Assembly: GCA_963796055.1 (NCBI GenBank)
Contig: CAWCKH010000004.1
Location: 1,440,001-1,504,000, forward strand
Direction: 5' to 3'
DNA length: 64,000 nt
Origin: an uncultured delta proteobacterium
Lineage (GTDB): Bacteria > Myxococcota > Myxococcia > Myxococcales > Myxococcaceae
Position numbers and translations under genes: made by a program. This document shows positions 10,544-21,180 of the stretch, in pieces. Under the pieces are notes generated by a model that had not been told where the DNA came from, did no database searches, and was given only the letters and a program-made list of their open reading frames with translations. Each line of letters opens with the position of its first letter. Positions within the stretch are counted from its first letter, which is position 1.

Positions 10544-11485
10544 CTGGACGCAACCCTTCCAAGGCCCGAGCCACGGTTCCGGCTCCCGGCGATCCTCTTC
10601 GGCTGCACGCTGGTGACGGTCTTCGGCACCTTCCTGCTCACCCAGACCGGCGTCTGGACGGAAGCGGGAGCGGTCCAGATCAGCACCCGCGCGCTGGTGA
10701 GCTCGCTGGAGTTCACCGTGGCGGCGCTGAGCATCCTCGGCGCGCACGAGTTCGGGCACTATGTGCTCGCCCGCCGTCACGGGGTGAGCACCAGCCTGCC
10801 GTACTTCATCCCCCTTCCCCTGCTGGGGTTCGGAACGCTCGGGGCGGTCATCCGGGTCCGGGACCGCATTCCCTCGCGGAACGCCCTGGTCGACATCGGC
10901 GCGGCCGGCCCGCTCGCCGGGTTCGTGGTGTGCCTGCCCTTTCTCGCCTGGGGATACGCGCACTCACGCCTCGTCCAGCTGCCGCCCACCGGGTCCATGG
11001 TGCTGGGCCCCATGTCGCTCTGGAGCGTCCTCCACCATGGTCTGCCCCGACTGGACATGCTGATCTACGGGGACAACCTCCTCCTCCGGCTGTTCGAGCG
11101 GGCGTTCCTTGGCCCGCTCCCCGCCGGAGTGGGCGTGGACCCGCATCCCTTCGTCCTCGCCGGCTGGCTGGGGACGCTGGTCACGATGCTGAACCTCTTT
11201 CCCATCGGGCAGCTCGACGCGGGCCACCTGACCTATGCCGTGTTCGGGAAGCGGGCCCGGACCATTGGCCGGTGTGCCCTGGCGTTCCTGGCTGCGCTCA
11301 CGGTGCTGGTCTCCGTCACCTGGCTTGCCTGGCTGTTGGTGGTGGCGCTGGTGGTCGGCGTCCGGCACCCCCCGGTGACCGTTCCGGACGAGCCTCTGGG
11401 CGCTGGACGTGGGTGGTTGTGCGTGGCCACCCTCGCCGTGGCCGTGCTCTGTTTCCTGCCGGCACCGTTCGCCGGACTCCTCTAG
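10544..11485 (+). CDS. Site-2 protease (M50 intramembrane metalloprotease); probable CTG start at 10544, next in-frame GTG at 10613
   Basis: HEFGH zinc motif, AGPLAG, NLFPIGQLDAGH; AGGAG SD 6 nt before the in-frame CTG. Confidence 0.9.
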   Translation: MDATLPRPEPRFRLPAILFGCTLVTVFGTFLLTQTGVWTEAGAVQISTRALVSSLEFTVAALSILGAHEFGHYVLARRHGVSTSLPYFIPLPLLGFGTLGAVIRVRDRIPSRNALVDIGAAGPLAGFVVCLPFLAWGYAHSRLVQLPPTGSMVLGPMSLWSVLHHGLPRLDMLIYGDNLLLRLFERAFLGPLPAGVGVDPHPFVLAGWLGTLVTMLNLFPIGQLDAGHLTYAVFGKRARTIGRCALAFLAALTVLVSVTWLAWLLVVALVVGVRHPPVTVPDEPLGAGRGWLCVATLAVAVLCFLPAPFAGLL

Positions 11486-11551
11486 ACCCGCCGCTGTCCT
11501 CTAGACTGCTCGCCGAACGCCAGGTGTCGAACGCCGGGCGTCCCCTCCCCG

Positions 11552-12559
11552 ATGAAAGTTCTCTGTCCTTCCTGCGAGCGCCTCGTCGAGCTGGTCAATC
11601 TCCGGGTCGAGCGGGGTGGGCTGATCGCGCGCTGCCCGGCGTGCGGGGCCGAGCAGCGGCAGCAGCTGCCCGCCCGGCCGGTGACGGTGCCCTCGGCCAA
11701 GGCGGGGAAGAGCGCCGGGAGCAAGGACGCTCCCCGCGCCGTTCTGGACCCTGCACCGGCCGACGAGGACGAGAACGACGAAGGACCCACCATCATCCTC
11801 CTGACGCCGTCGTCGGACGCCATGCCCCTGGCGGTCGCGCCCCCGGGAACGTCCGCGCCGCCCAAGCCGGCCGAGGTGGCACGCTTCGACTCCCCGGCGA
11901 AGCCTCCGGCCATCGCGCCGGTCACCGTGGTCGAGACGGCACCCCCGCCCCGGCGGGTGGTGGACGCCGAGTTCGCGCAGCTCCTGAACCAGCTGGGCGA
12001 CGTGCACCCGCCCACGCCGCCGCCCCAGGCGCTGCGACCCCGGAACACCGGCGCCAACGCGGTGGTGCTCCCGCCGCAGCCGGGTGTCGCCCGCGGCTCG
12101 ACCATCCAGATTCCCCCGGGCCACTGTCCCAAGTGCATCACCCCCCGGAACCGCGAGGCGCTCATCTGCCCGGCGTGCGGTCTGGTCTTCGCCAACTTCC
12201 GCGCCGAGGAGCACCAGCCGTCGGCGGCGCTCGAGTCGGCGTGGCGCGGGCTGGAGGAGCGCTGGGCCCGGCAGGACGAGCACGAGAAGTTCCTCCAGCT
12301 GGCCTTCAACATGGACGAGCTGGCGAAGGCCGGACGGCTGTACCGCATCCGGCTGGCGGCCACGCCCGACGATGCGCAGGCCAAGGTGGCGCTCGACGTG
12401 ATGGTGCGGATGGCGTCCACGGCCGCGGCAGCCGCGGCGAAGACCGACCCGGCCGAGCTGCAGCGGAACCGGCGCAAGGTGCTGGCGGTCAGCGCGATGC
12501 TCTTCTTCGTGATTCCCATCGCCGCGCTGCTGGTCAACTTCCTGCTGAAAGCCCACTGA
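11552..12559 (+). CDS. Hypothetical protein with two zinc ribbons, a Pro-rich linker and a C-terminal TM helix
   Basis: CPSC..CPAC at the N-terminus, CPKC..CPAC internally, hydrophobic C-terminus. Confidence 0.8.
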   Translation: MKVLCPSCERLVELVNLRVERGGLIARCPACGAEQRQQLPARPVTVPSAKAGKSAGSKDAPRAVLDPAPADEDENDEGPTIILLTPSSDAMPLAVAPPGTSAPPKPAEVARFDSPAKPPAIAPVTVVETAPPPRRVVDAEFAQLLNQLGDVHPPTPPPQALRPRNTGANAVVLPPQPGVARGSTIQIPPGHCPKCITPRNREALICPACGLVFANFRAEEHQPSAALESAWRGLEERWARQDEHEKFLQLAFNMDELAKAGRLYRIRLAATPDDAQAKVALDVMVRMASTAAAAAAKTDPAELQRNRRKVLAVSAMLFFVIPIAALLVNFLLKAH

Positions 12560-12742
12560 GTGCTCCGGCCCGGGCGCCCTGACCGCTGCGGCGGCCAATC
12601 CTCTCGCTGCGACGCGCAGCCTCGCCGCTCCGCTGCTCGACGGACCTCGAGGTACGCCTCCGCGGCTCGCTCCTCGTGTGCGCCGTCTCGCGTCGGTCTC
12701 GGCCACCTCGCCCTCCTCACGGCACCCGGGTCGGAGCACTAG

Positions 12743-14725
12743 GTGGACGAGATCGCCGAGGTCCTGGGCCCGGGCGGCCGACTCTCGCGTGCGCTGGCCG
12801 GGTACGAGCACCGCCCAGAGCAGCTCACCCTGGCGCGCGAGGTGGCCCGGGCCTTCGGCGAGCGGCGAATGCTGGTGGCGGAGGCGGGCACCGGAACCGG
12901 CAAGACGCTGGCCTATCTCGTTCCCGCCATCCTGAGCGGGCGCCGGGTGGTCATCTCCACCGCCACCAAGAACCTTCAGGATCAGCTGTTCCACAAGGAC
13001 CTGCCGCTGGTGCGCGACGTGCTCGACCTCCCGGTCCGGGCGACTCTGGTGAAGGGCCGGGCCAACTACCTGTGCCTCCACCGGCTGGAGCGGGCGAGGA
13101 CCGGGGCGCTGCTCGACTCGCGCGAGGACGCCGAGGCGTTCGGGATGCTGCTCCGCTGGGCCGAGCGCACCCAGACCGGAGATCGGGCCGAGCTGATGCT
13201 CCCGGAGGGGTTCTCCGGCTGGCGCCAGGTGTCGACCACGCCCGAGGGATGCCTGGGGACGCGGTGCCCGCAGCACGCGGCGTGCTTCGTTACCCGGCTC
13301 CGGGAGCAGGCCGAGGAGTCCGAGCTGGTGGTGGTGAACCACGCGCTGTTCTTCGCCGACCTGGTGGTGCGCACCGGACGCGGCAACGGCGAGGGGGTGC
13401 TCCCGCGCTACGAGGCGGTCATCTTCGACGAGGCGCACGGCCTCGAGGACGCGGCCACCGAGTTCTTCGGGACCACGGTGAGCAGCCACCGCTTCGAGGA
13501 GCTCGCCCGGGACGCCCAGGCGGCGCTCCCGCCGGAGGACGCCCGGGCCGGGGTGCTCTCGGCGCTGGCGGTCAAGGTACGGGCCCAGGCCGAGGCGCTC
13601 TGGGCCGCGGCGCCGCGCGCGGTGGGGATGACCGAGGAGGGCACGGTCCGGCTCACCTCCCGCGCCCTGGCCCCGCTCTCGCGACAGATGGAGGGGGTGC
13701 TCGAGGGCCTGGGCGCCCTGGGCGGGTTCGCCTCGGGGCATGAGGAGCCGGATCTCCTGGCGGTGGCACGACGGTCCGCGGAGCTCGGCGCGGAGCTCGA
13801 CTTCGTGCGCCGGGCGGACGCGCCGGACCACGTGTACTGGGCCGAGGGCCGTGGCCGGGGACTCTTCTTTCGCGCGGCGCCCATCTCGGTTGCCGAGGCG
13901 ATGCGCGAGCGGCTGTACGGGGCGGTGGACACGGTGGTCTTCACCTCGGCGACGCTCCGGACCGGCAACTCGTTCGACTACTTCTGCCGCCAGGTGGGGC
14001 TGCTCGACGCCGAGGGAGAGGCGGTGGCGCCGCTCACCCAGCTCGCCGTCCCGTCGTCCTTCGACTATGCGCGGCAGTCGGCGCTGTACCTGCCGACCGC
14101 GCTCCCCGAGCCGCGCGAGCCGGGGTTCGCCGAGGCGGTGGCGGAGGAGATCGCGCGGCTGGTGGAGATCACCCAGGGGCGTGCCTTCGCGCTCTTCACC
14201 TCGCTCCGGAACATGGAGCGGGTCCACGCCCTTCTCTCCGGGCGGCTCCCGTACCCGATGCTGCTCCAGGGCGAGGCGCCGAAACCGGTGCTGCTGGATG
14301 CGTTCCAGTCGACGCCCAGCGTGCTCTTCGCCTCGGCGAGCTTCTGGGAGGGTGTGGACGTCCCCGGGGATGCGCTCTCCCTGGTGGTGCTCGACAAGCT
14401 CCCCTTCGCCTCGCCCACGCACCCGGTGGTGGCCGCACGGATCGAGGCGCTGGAGGAGGCGGGTCGCGAGCCGTTCTCCAGCTACCAGCTGCCAGAGGCG
14501 GCGCTGGCGCTCCGACAGGGGTTCGGGAGGCTGATCCGGACTCGGACCGACCGGGGCATCGTGGCGCTCCTCGACGTGCGCGTGGGCCGCAAGGCGTACG
14601 GGCGGCAGCTGCTGGCGGGGCTGCCGCCGGCCCGGCGGTTCAAGGAGCTCGGCCCGCTGGCGGAGTGGTTCCGGAGCGGCGAGGCGAGCGCGCGCGTCCA
14701 GAGGGACTCGCACCAGGAGTCGTGA
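12743..14725 (+). CDS. dinG: ATP-dependent DNA helicase, DinG/YoaA family (Fe-S)
   Basis: EHRPEQ Q-motif, AGTGTGKT, KGRANYLC, C..C..C cluster, DEAH, TSATL, WEGVDVPG, QGFGRLIR. Confidence 0.93.
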   Translation: MDEIAEVLGPGGRLSRALAGYEHRPEQLTLAREVARAFGERRMLVAEAGTGTGKTLAYLVPAILSGRRVVISTATKNLQDQLFHKDLPLVRDVLDLPVRATLVKGRANYLCLHRLERARTGALLDSREDAEAFGMLLRWAERTQTGDRAELMLPEGFSGWRQVSTTPEGCLGTRCPQHAACFVTRLREQAEESELVVVNHALFFADLVVRTGRGNGEGVLPRYEAVIFDEAHGLEDAATEFFGTTVSSHRFEELARDAQAALPPEDARAGVLSALAVKVRAQAEALWAAAPRAVGMTEEGTVRLTSRALAPLSRQMEGVLEGLGALGGFASGHEEPDLLAVARRSAELGAELDFVRRADAPDHVYWAEGRGRGLFFRAAPISVAEAMRERLYGAVDTVVFTSATLRTGNSFDYFCRQVGLLDAEGEAVAPLTQLAVPSSFDYARQSALYLPTALPEPREPGFAEAVAEEIARLVEITQGRAFALFTSLRNMERVHALLSGRLPYPMLLQGEAPKPVLLDAFQSTPSVLFASASFWEGVDVPGDALSLVVLDKLPFASPTHPVVAARIEALEEAGREPFSSYQLPEAALALRQGFGRLIRTRTDRGIVALLDVRVGRKAYGRQLLAGLPPARRFKELGPLAEWFRSGEASARVQRDSHQES

Positions 14726-14737
14726 CCGGCCATCCGC

Positions 14738-14935
14738 TCAGAGGGAGGCGCCGGTCGACGGCCTCCAGCTCTTGTCCTTGAGCTCGACCATGCAGATGCG
14801 GGCTCCCTCGGGGCCGATGTTCTGGGCGGCGTGCCAGCCGCCCTCGAACCACGCGACCTCGCCCGCCTTCCTGTCCGCGAAGGTGGTCGTGCCGTCCTCC
14901 TTCCGGGTGCTGACCCGGCGTCGGAGAACCCGAGC
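14738..14935 (-). pseudogene. C-terminal half of a small cupin-like protein, no evident start
   Basis: EDGTTTFADRKAGEVAWFEGGWHAAQNIG..ICMVELK resembles cupin motif 2; motif 1 and the N-terminus are missing. Confidence 0.5.
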
Positions 14936-15110
14936 CCGAGGAGGAGCGCGCTTCCTCGGGGTCGACTGAACCAGACGAGACGGGGCCGTGCAAGCCGGCG
15001 ACTCGCCGGCGGCGCGCCGCGCCTCGAGGGCCGTCCGCAGCTCAGGACGCCCGAACGCCTGGCGCGCCATGGGCGAGTCCAGGTCGAGCGAGGGGTGTCG
15101 GCGGGGAGCT

Positions 15111-16238
15111 TCAGCGCGCCGCGGCCCGCAGCCCCCCGGCGGGGAACAGCTCGGGCGACTCGAGGTGCACCAGGGGGATGTCCAAGGTGCACAGCAGCCC
15201 GGCGTTCTCGTGCTCCACCCGGAGCACGTGGTCCTTCGGGTACAGGTGCTCCAGCCGCTGGCGGAGATGGGCCAGCCGGTCCGCCGCCTCGGTGACCTCC
15301 ACCCCAGGCTGGGCGGTGGCCAGCTGATGAAGGCGAATTCCCAGCCGCTCGCCGGCCACCATCGCCGACAGCTCGAGCGCACCCTCCCACGGGGAGGCGG
15401 GCAGCTCGGCGAGCTGGAACAGCGCCAGCGACGGCACCTCCGCGGTCAGCGTCTCGGGCGGGATGTCCACCCGGGTCCGCAGCCGCCCCGGCGCGCGGAT
15501 CTGCTGCAGGGCGAGGTACGCCTGCAGGAACTCCAGCTCCTGGCGCAGCGAGACCCGCTCCTGCCCCAGCGTGGCCAGGGTCAGCCGGAGCACGTCGCTC
15601 AGCCGGGCGAGCATCTGCACCGCCTGGGTCGAGGCCCCGGAGCGAACGAACTCGGCGGTGCTCCGGAGCGTGTCCTCGATGAGCTGCGGATGGAGCTGGA
15701 CCCGCACCGCGTCGAGCTCGGCCCGCGCCAGCTCCGCCTCGAGGCGCGCCGCCCCGAGCGCTTCCAGCCGGAGCCGTCGCCGGAGCTCGATGGTGCCCAG
15801 GATGCCGACGATGGCGAGATAGTTGATCCCCGGCCCGACGAATCCGCGGAACCCCACGAGGAACATCCGCCCGATGGGCAGCTTCCGCAGCGTCTTCGGG
15901 CCGGTGAAGCGGGTGATCACCGCCCGGCCCGCGTTGTAATAGACCATCGTTCCGAGGAATCCCCCGACCAGGGCTGCGAGCAGCACCAGCGGGCGCGCCC
16001 GGGTCGAGACCAACCGCCGGACCGGATCGGCCACCACCGCCACCACCGGAACCCAGAGCAGCCACGAGAAGAGACCGAGCAGCCCATAATCCGAACGGGA
16101 CTCCGGTCCCATCACCAGCCGCATCTGCAGCGACTCGAGCAACGCCAGGACCAGCGCCCCGGCCACGGCGAGGGCCCACCATTGCGGGCGCGACCACCGC
16201 GGGCGGGCTGCCCTGCCGCTGGCCTCGGTGGGAGTCAC
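15111..16238 (-). CDS. LytS/YehU-like membrane sensor with degenerate kinase core (pseudokinase)
   Basis: Paralogous to 16999..18084, but QLHPQLIEDTL replaces QLHPHFLFNTL and the N, G1 and G2 boxes are lost. Confidence 0.85.
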   Translation of the reverse strand: MTPTEASGRAARPRWSRPQWWALAVAGALVLALLESLQMRLVMGPESRSDYGLLGLFSWLLWVPVVAVVADPVRRLVSTRARPLVLLAALVGGFLGTMVYYNAGRAVITRFTGPKTLRKLPIGRMFLVGFRGFVGPGINYLAIVGILGTIELRRRLRLEALGAARLEAELARAELDAVRVQLHPQLIEDTLRSTAEFVRSGASTQAVQMLARLSDVLRLTLATLGQERVSLRQELEFLQAYLALQQIRAPGRLRTRVDIPPETLTAEVPSLALFQLAELPASPWEGALELSAMVAGERLGIRLHQLATAQPGVEVTEAADRLAHLRQRLEHLYPKDHVLRVEHENAGLLCTLDIPLVHLESPELFPAGGLRAAAR

Positions 16239-16247
16239 CCGTCCTTC

Positions 16248-17006
16248 CTACCGCAGATGACGAATCCGGGCCTGTTGGCTCCGCGCCACCGGGAGCTCGG
16301 CCCCCGTCGCCAGGACGGCGACCAGCCCGCCGCTCCCGGTGCGCCGCAGCTCGCGCAGCACCCGTCGGTTGACGATGGCTGTCCGATGGATGCGGACGAA
16401 GCGCATCGGGTCCAGGCGGGCCTCGAGCGCCGCCATCGACTCGCGGTGCAGGTACGTCCGGGCCCCCACGTGAAGCTCGACGTAGTAGTCCGCCGACTCG
16501 ATCCAGTCGATCTCCTCGGCCTCGAGGAAGATGATCCGCCCGCGGTCGCGCACCACGATGCGGGAGGACGCGGCCGGCACCAGGCCCGCCTCCACCGCCT
16601 TGGCCCGGAGCTGCTCGCCGATCCGCGCTGCCTCCTCGCGCGACAGCTGCTCCTTGGCCCGGGCGAGCGTCTCGCGAAACCGGGAGTCCTCGTAGGGTTT
16701 GAGCAGGTAGTCGAAGGCGTGCACCCGGAAGGCCTCCAGCGCGTACTGGTCGTAGGCGGTCACGAAGACCACCATCGGCAGGGGAGCCTCGGCCCGCGCC
16801 AGCACCTCGAAGCCGCTCCCGCCCGGCATCTGCACGTCGAGGAAGCAGAGCTGCGGATGGGTCCGCGCCAGCAGCGCCACCGCCTCGTCCCCGCTCCCCG
16901 CCTCGCCGACGACCTCCACTCCTGGATCCTCCCCCAGGAGCATCCGCAGACCCTCTCGGGCCAGCGGCTCGTCGTCCACCACCGCCACCGTCACTGGCTC
17001 AGGCAC
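16248..17006 (-). CDS. LytTR-family DNA-binding response regulator
   Basis: VVDDEPLAR, FLDVQMP, FVTAYDQYAL, DYLLKP; LytTR motifs IDWIESADYYVELH and FVRIHRTAIVN; GTG start overlaps the upstream stop. Confidence 0.95.
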   Translation of the reverse strand: MPEPVTVAVVDDEPLAREGLRMLLGEDPGVEVVGEAGSGDEAVALLARTHPQLCFLDVQMPGGSGFEVLARAEAPLPMVVFVTAYDQYALEAFRVHAFDYLLKPYEDSRFRETLARAKEQLSREEAARIGEQLRAKAVEAGLVPAASSRIVVRDRGRIIFLEAEEIDWIESADYYVELHVGARTYLHRESMAALEARLDPMRFVRIHRTAIVNRRVLRELRRTGSGGLVAVLATGAELPVARSQQARIRHLR

Positions 17007-18084
17007 GCACCACCTCCGGACCACGGAAAGGAATCTCCAGCAACGACTCGACGCCGCCCTCGACCCGATTGGCCACGTGGAAATGGTGGCGGCCGGGGTA
17101 GAGGTGCTGCAACCGGGCGCGCACGTTCCGCAGGCCCACGCCTCCGGGGGACTCGGCGCCCGGCGCGAGGCCCACGCCGGTGTCCCGGACGCAGAGCACG
17201 AGCTGCTCGCCCTCGCGGGCCGCAGCGACCTCCACCGAGCCGCCGGCGATGGAGGGAGCGATGCCGTGCCGCACGGCGTTCTCCGCCAGGGGCTGCAGGA
17301 CCAGGCTGGGGACCCGCGCCTCCAGCGTCTCGGGGGCGATGCGCATCTCGATCCTCAGCCGGTCGGGGAAGCGGATCTGCTGCAGGCTCAGGTAACGCTC
17401 GAGGAAGTCCAGTTCCTGCCGGAGCGGAACCTCCTGCTGGCCCACGGTGGCCAGAGCCAGCCGGAGCAGGTCGCTCAGGCCGGCGATCATCCGCACCGCG
17501 GTCTCCCCCTCGCCCTTCCGGACCAGCATCGAGATGGCGTTCAGGGTGTTGAAGAGAAAGTGGGGATGGAGCTGGACCCGGAGCGCGTCCAGCTCCGCCT
17601 TGGCCAGCTCGGCGTGAAGCCGGGCGCCGGCCAGCTCCTGCGCCCGCAGCTTTCGCCGGAGGTCGATGGCCAGGAGCACCCCCACCGTCATGACGTAGAC
17701 CAGCGTGTCCAGGAAGGCGCTGCCCTGGACCTGGGCCATCCAGGCCGCGCCCAGCGAAAGCCGCTGCATGCTGAATGGCCCGGCGACCCGGGTCAGCAGC
17801 GCCAGACACCCTTCCTGGAAGAAGACGAAGAAGCCACAGGTCGCGACGTGCACGACCCCCACCCGCCACGCCCCATGGCGCTCCACAGTGACCCGGCGCA
17901 CGAGCCAGGCCAGCACCGGCGTCAGGAATGCCCAGATGACCCAGCCCGCGTAGAAGTACAGGAACCGGTGGTTTCCCCAGGCCGTCACCTCCTGCTCCCA
18001 CGACTTGGACTGCAGCCCCACGGCGACGCCGGGGATGGACCAGAGGAGGACGAGGCCGGCGAACCGGCGCAAGGACGCGAGCAT
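16999..18084 (-). CDS. LytS/YehU-family sensor histidine kinase
   Basis: Four TM helices; QLHPHFLFNTLN H-box, QPLAENAVRHG N-box, DTGVG G1, GVGLRNVRARL G2. Confidence 0.95.
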   Translation of the reverse strand: MLASLRRFAGLVLLWSIPGVAVGLQSKSWEQEVTAWGNHRFLYFYAGWVIWAFLTPVLAWLVRRVTVERHGAWRVGVVHVATCGFFVFFQEGCLALLTRVAGPFSMQRLSLGAAWMAQVQGSAFLDTLVYVMTVGVLLAIDLRRKLRAQELAGARLHAELAKAELDALRVQLHPHFLFNTLNAISMLVRKGEGETAVRMIAGLSDLLRLALATVGQQEVPLRQELDFLERYLSLQQIRFPDRLRIEMRIAPETLEARVPSLVLQPLAENAVRHGIAPSIAGGSVEVAAAREGEQLVLCVRDTGVGLAPGAESPGGVGLRNVRARLQHLYPGRHHFHVANRVEGGVESLLEIPFRGPEVVRA

Positions 18085-18211
18085 GGGCAGACCGCCGGGG
18101 AAGAACGAGCGGTTGTACGGACGATTCCGTCGGCACCCCTGAAGCTGCAGCCAAGACCACCGGGACAGCAGCGGACGGCGGGGCCACGTTTTCCGGGAAC
18201 CCCCCGGCGGC

Positions 18212-18748
18212 TCAGAGCTCCCGGGACATGAGAAGCCGGAGTTTCCCGGACTTCTTGCTTACCACGGTCGCCACGGTGGTGAACCCCGCCTTCCGGTAGA
18301 AGGCGACTGCCGGCGCGTTCGCTGGATCTACCCGGAGCGCCAGGGTTTTTCGGTACATGTCCCGGGCGATTCCCAGGGCGTGGTCGAGGAGCGCCATCCC
18401 CACGCCGCGGTGCCGGAGCTCGGGCTTGACCACGATGTTCCGCATGTAGGCGGCGCCGGCGACGGGGCCGTCCCGCTCCACCGTGACGTAGCCCACGATC
18501 TGGCCTTGGAGCCGCGCCACGTAGACGAACGGGCGCAGCTGGGTGAGCGCCTGGAGCGACTCGTCGGGGGTCTCGCCTCGCTTGGCCCAGGGCTCCGAGG
18601 TGCCGCGGAGCGCCGCCACCGGCTGGAGCTCCGAGTCGCCCAGGGGACCGAACTTGAGGGCGGCCGGCAGGTCGGCCGGGAGGCTGGCGATATCGAGCGG
18701 CGGCAAGCTCATCTGCTCTGGGACTGTCTCCACCCGCTTCATCGTCAT
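18212..18748 (-). CDS. GNAT family N-acetyltransferase
   Basis: VVKPELRHRGVGMAL acetyl-CoA motif, NAPAVAFYRKAGF; start uncertain (18748 or 18742). Confidence 0.9.
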   Translation of the reverse strand: MTMKRVETVPEQMSLPPLDIASLPADLPAALKFGPLGDSELQPVAALRGTSEPWAKRGETPDESLQALTQLRPFVYVARLQGQIVGYVTVERDGPVAGAAYMRNIVVKPELRHRGVGMALLDHALGIARDMYRKTLALRVDPANAPAVAFYRKAGFTTVATVVSKKSGKLRLLMSREL

Positions 18749-18939
18749 CTCCGCCACCCCCTCGTACCTCCGATGGATCCTAACCCCAGGGTTTGCATCC
18801 GTGCACCTTCCGAAACCACGGCCCATCTGTGGGCTTTGGTCGTACGGGGGCTCCGTTCTCGACGTATGGCGGCCTCCTGTATTCTCCGGGGCTGACTCCC
18901 GCCGCGGCGCCCCCACGGCGCGGCCAGGGCGTCGCCCTC

Positions 18940-19637
18940 GTGCAACTCAACCACGCCCAGCGCGAACTGACGGTCAAGGTCGTCTACTACGGGCCCGGTC
19001 TGTCCGGAAAAACGACGAACCTCCAGATGATCCACGCTCGCACCGCGAGCGAGGGGCGGGGAAAGCTCCTGACGGTCGAGACGCACGACGACCGCACCCT
19101 GTTCTTCGATCTGCTCCCGGTCTTCTTCCACACCAAGAACGGCTACACCGTGAAGGTGAAGCTGTTCACGGTTCCGGGCCAGGTCATCCACAACGCCACC
19201 CGCCGCGTCGTGCTGCAGAACGCCGATGCGGTGGCCTTCATCGCCGACAGCCGGCGGAGCGCGGGTCAGGAGAACAACCAGTACTGGGCCAACCTCCAGG
19301 ACAACATGCGGGAGAACGGGCTCAACGCGGCCCAGGTCCCGATCGTGATCCAGTTCAACAAGCGGGACCTGCCGGACACCAAGAGCGACGCAGAGCTCGA
19401 GGAGACGCGGGCCCGCGGCAGGGAGCCGGTGATCGGCGCGGTGGCGATCCGCGGCGAGGGGGTGCTGGAGACGCTCTACTCCGTGCTCCAGCTCGCCTAC
19501 CGCAAGATGGACGAGCAGGCCGGGCTGAGCCGGAACATCGGGCTCGCCGAGTCCGAGTTCCTCAAGCTCATCTTCGCCCGCATGGACACCGGCGGGACGA
19601 AGATCGGCGAGTGGCTGGCCAACGGGGAAGGCCCGCG

Positions 19638-19641
<4 letters not shown>
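18940..19641 (+). CDS. MglA-family small Ras-like GTPase (SofG-like paralogue)
   Basis: KVVYYGPGLSGKTTNL, DRTLFFD, TVPGQ, NKRDL; GTG start at 18940. Confidence 0.92.
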
Positions 19642-21164
<1,523 letters not shown>

Positions 21165-21180
21165 CGGGGTCTCGCCGACG

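Noticed and set aside
11478..11548. Short direct repeats (TCCTCTAGAC x2, CGAACGCC x2)
   Set aside because: Too short to distinguish from chance or a minor local duplication.
11501..14713. 1070-aa minus-strand ORF, and other long antisense ORFs such as 26093..28924, 31432..34263, 19497..21830 and 14988..17552
   Set aside because: Shadow frames of real genes on the opposite strand, expected at this GC content; no motifs.
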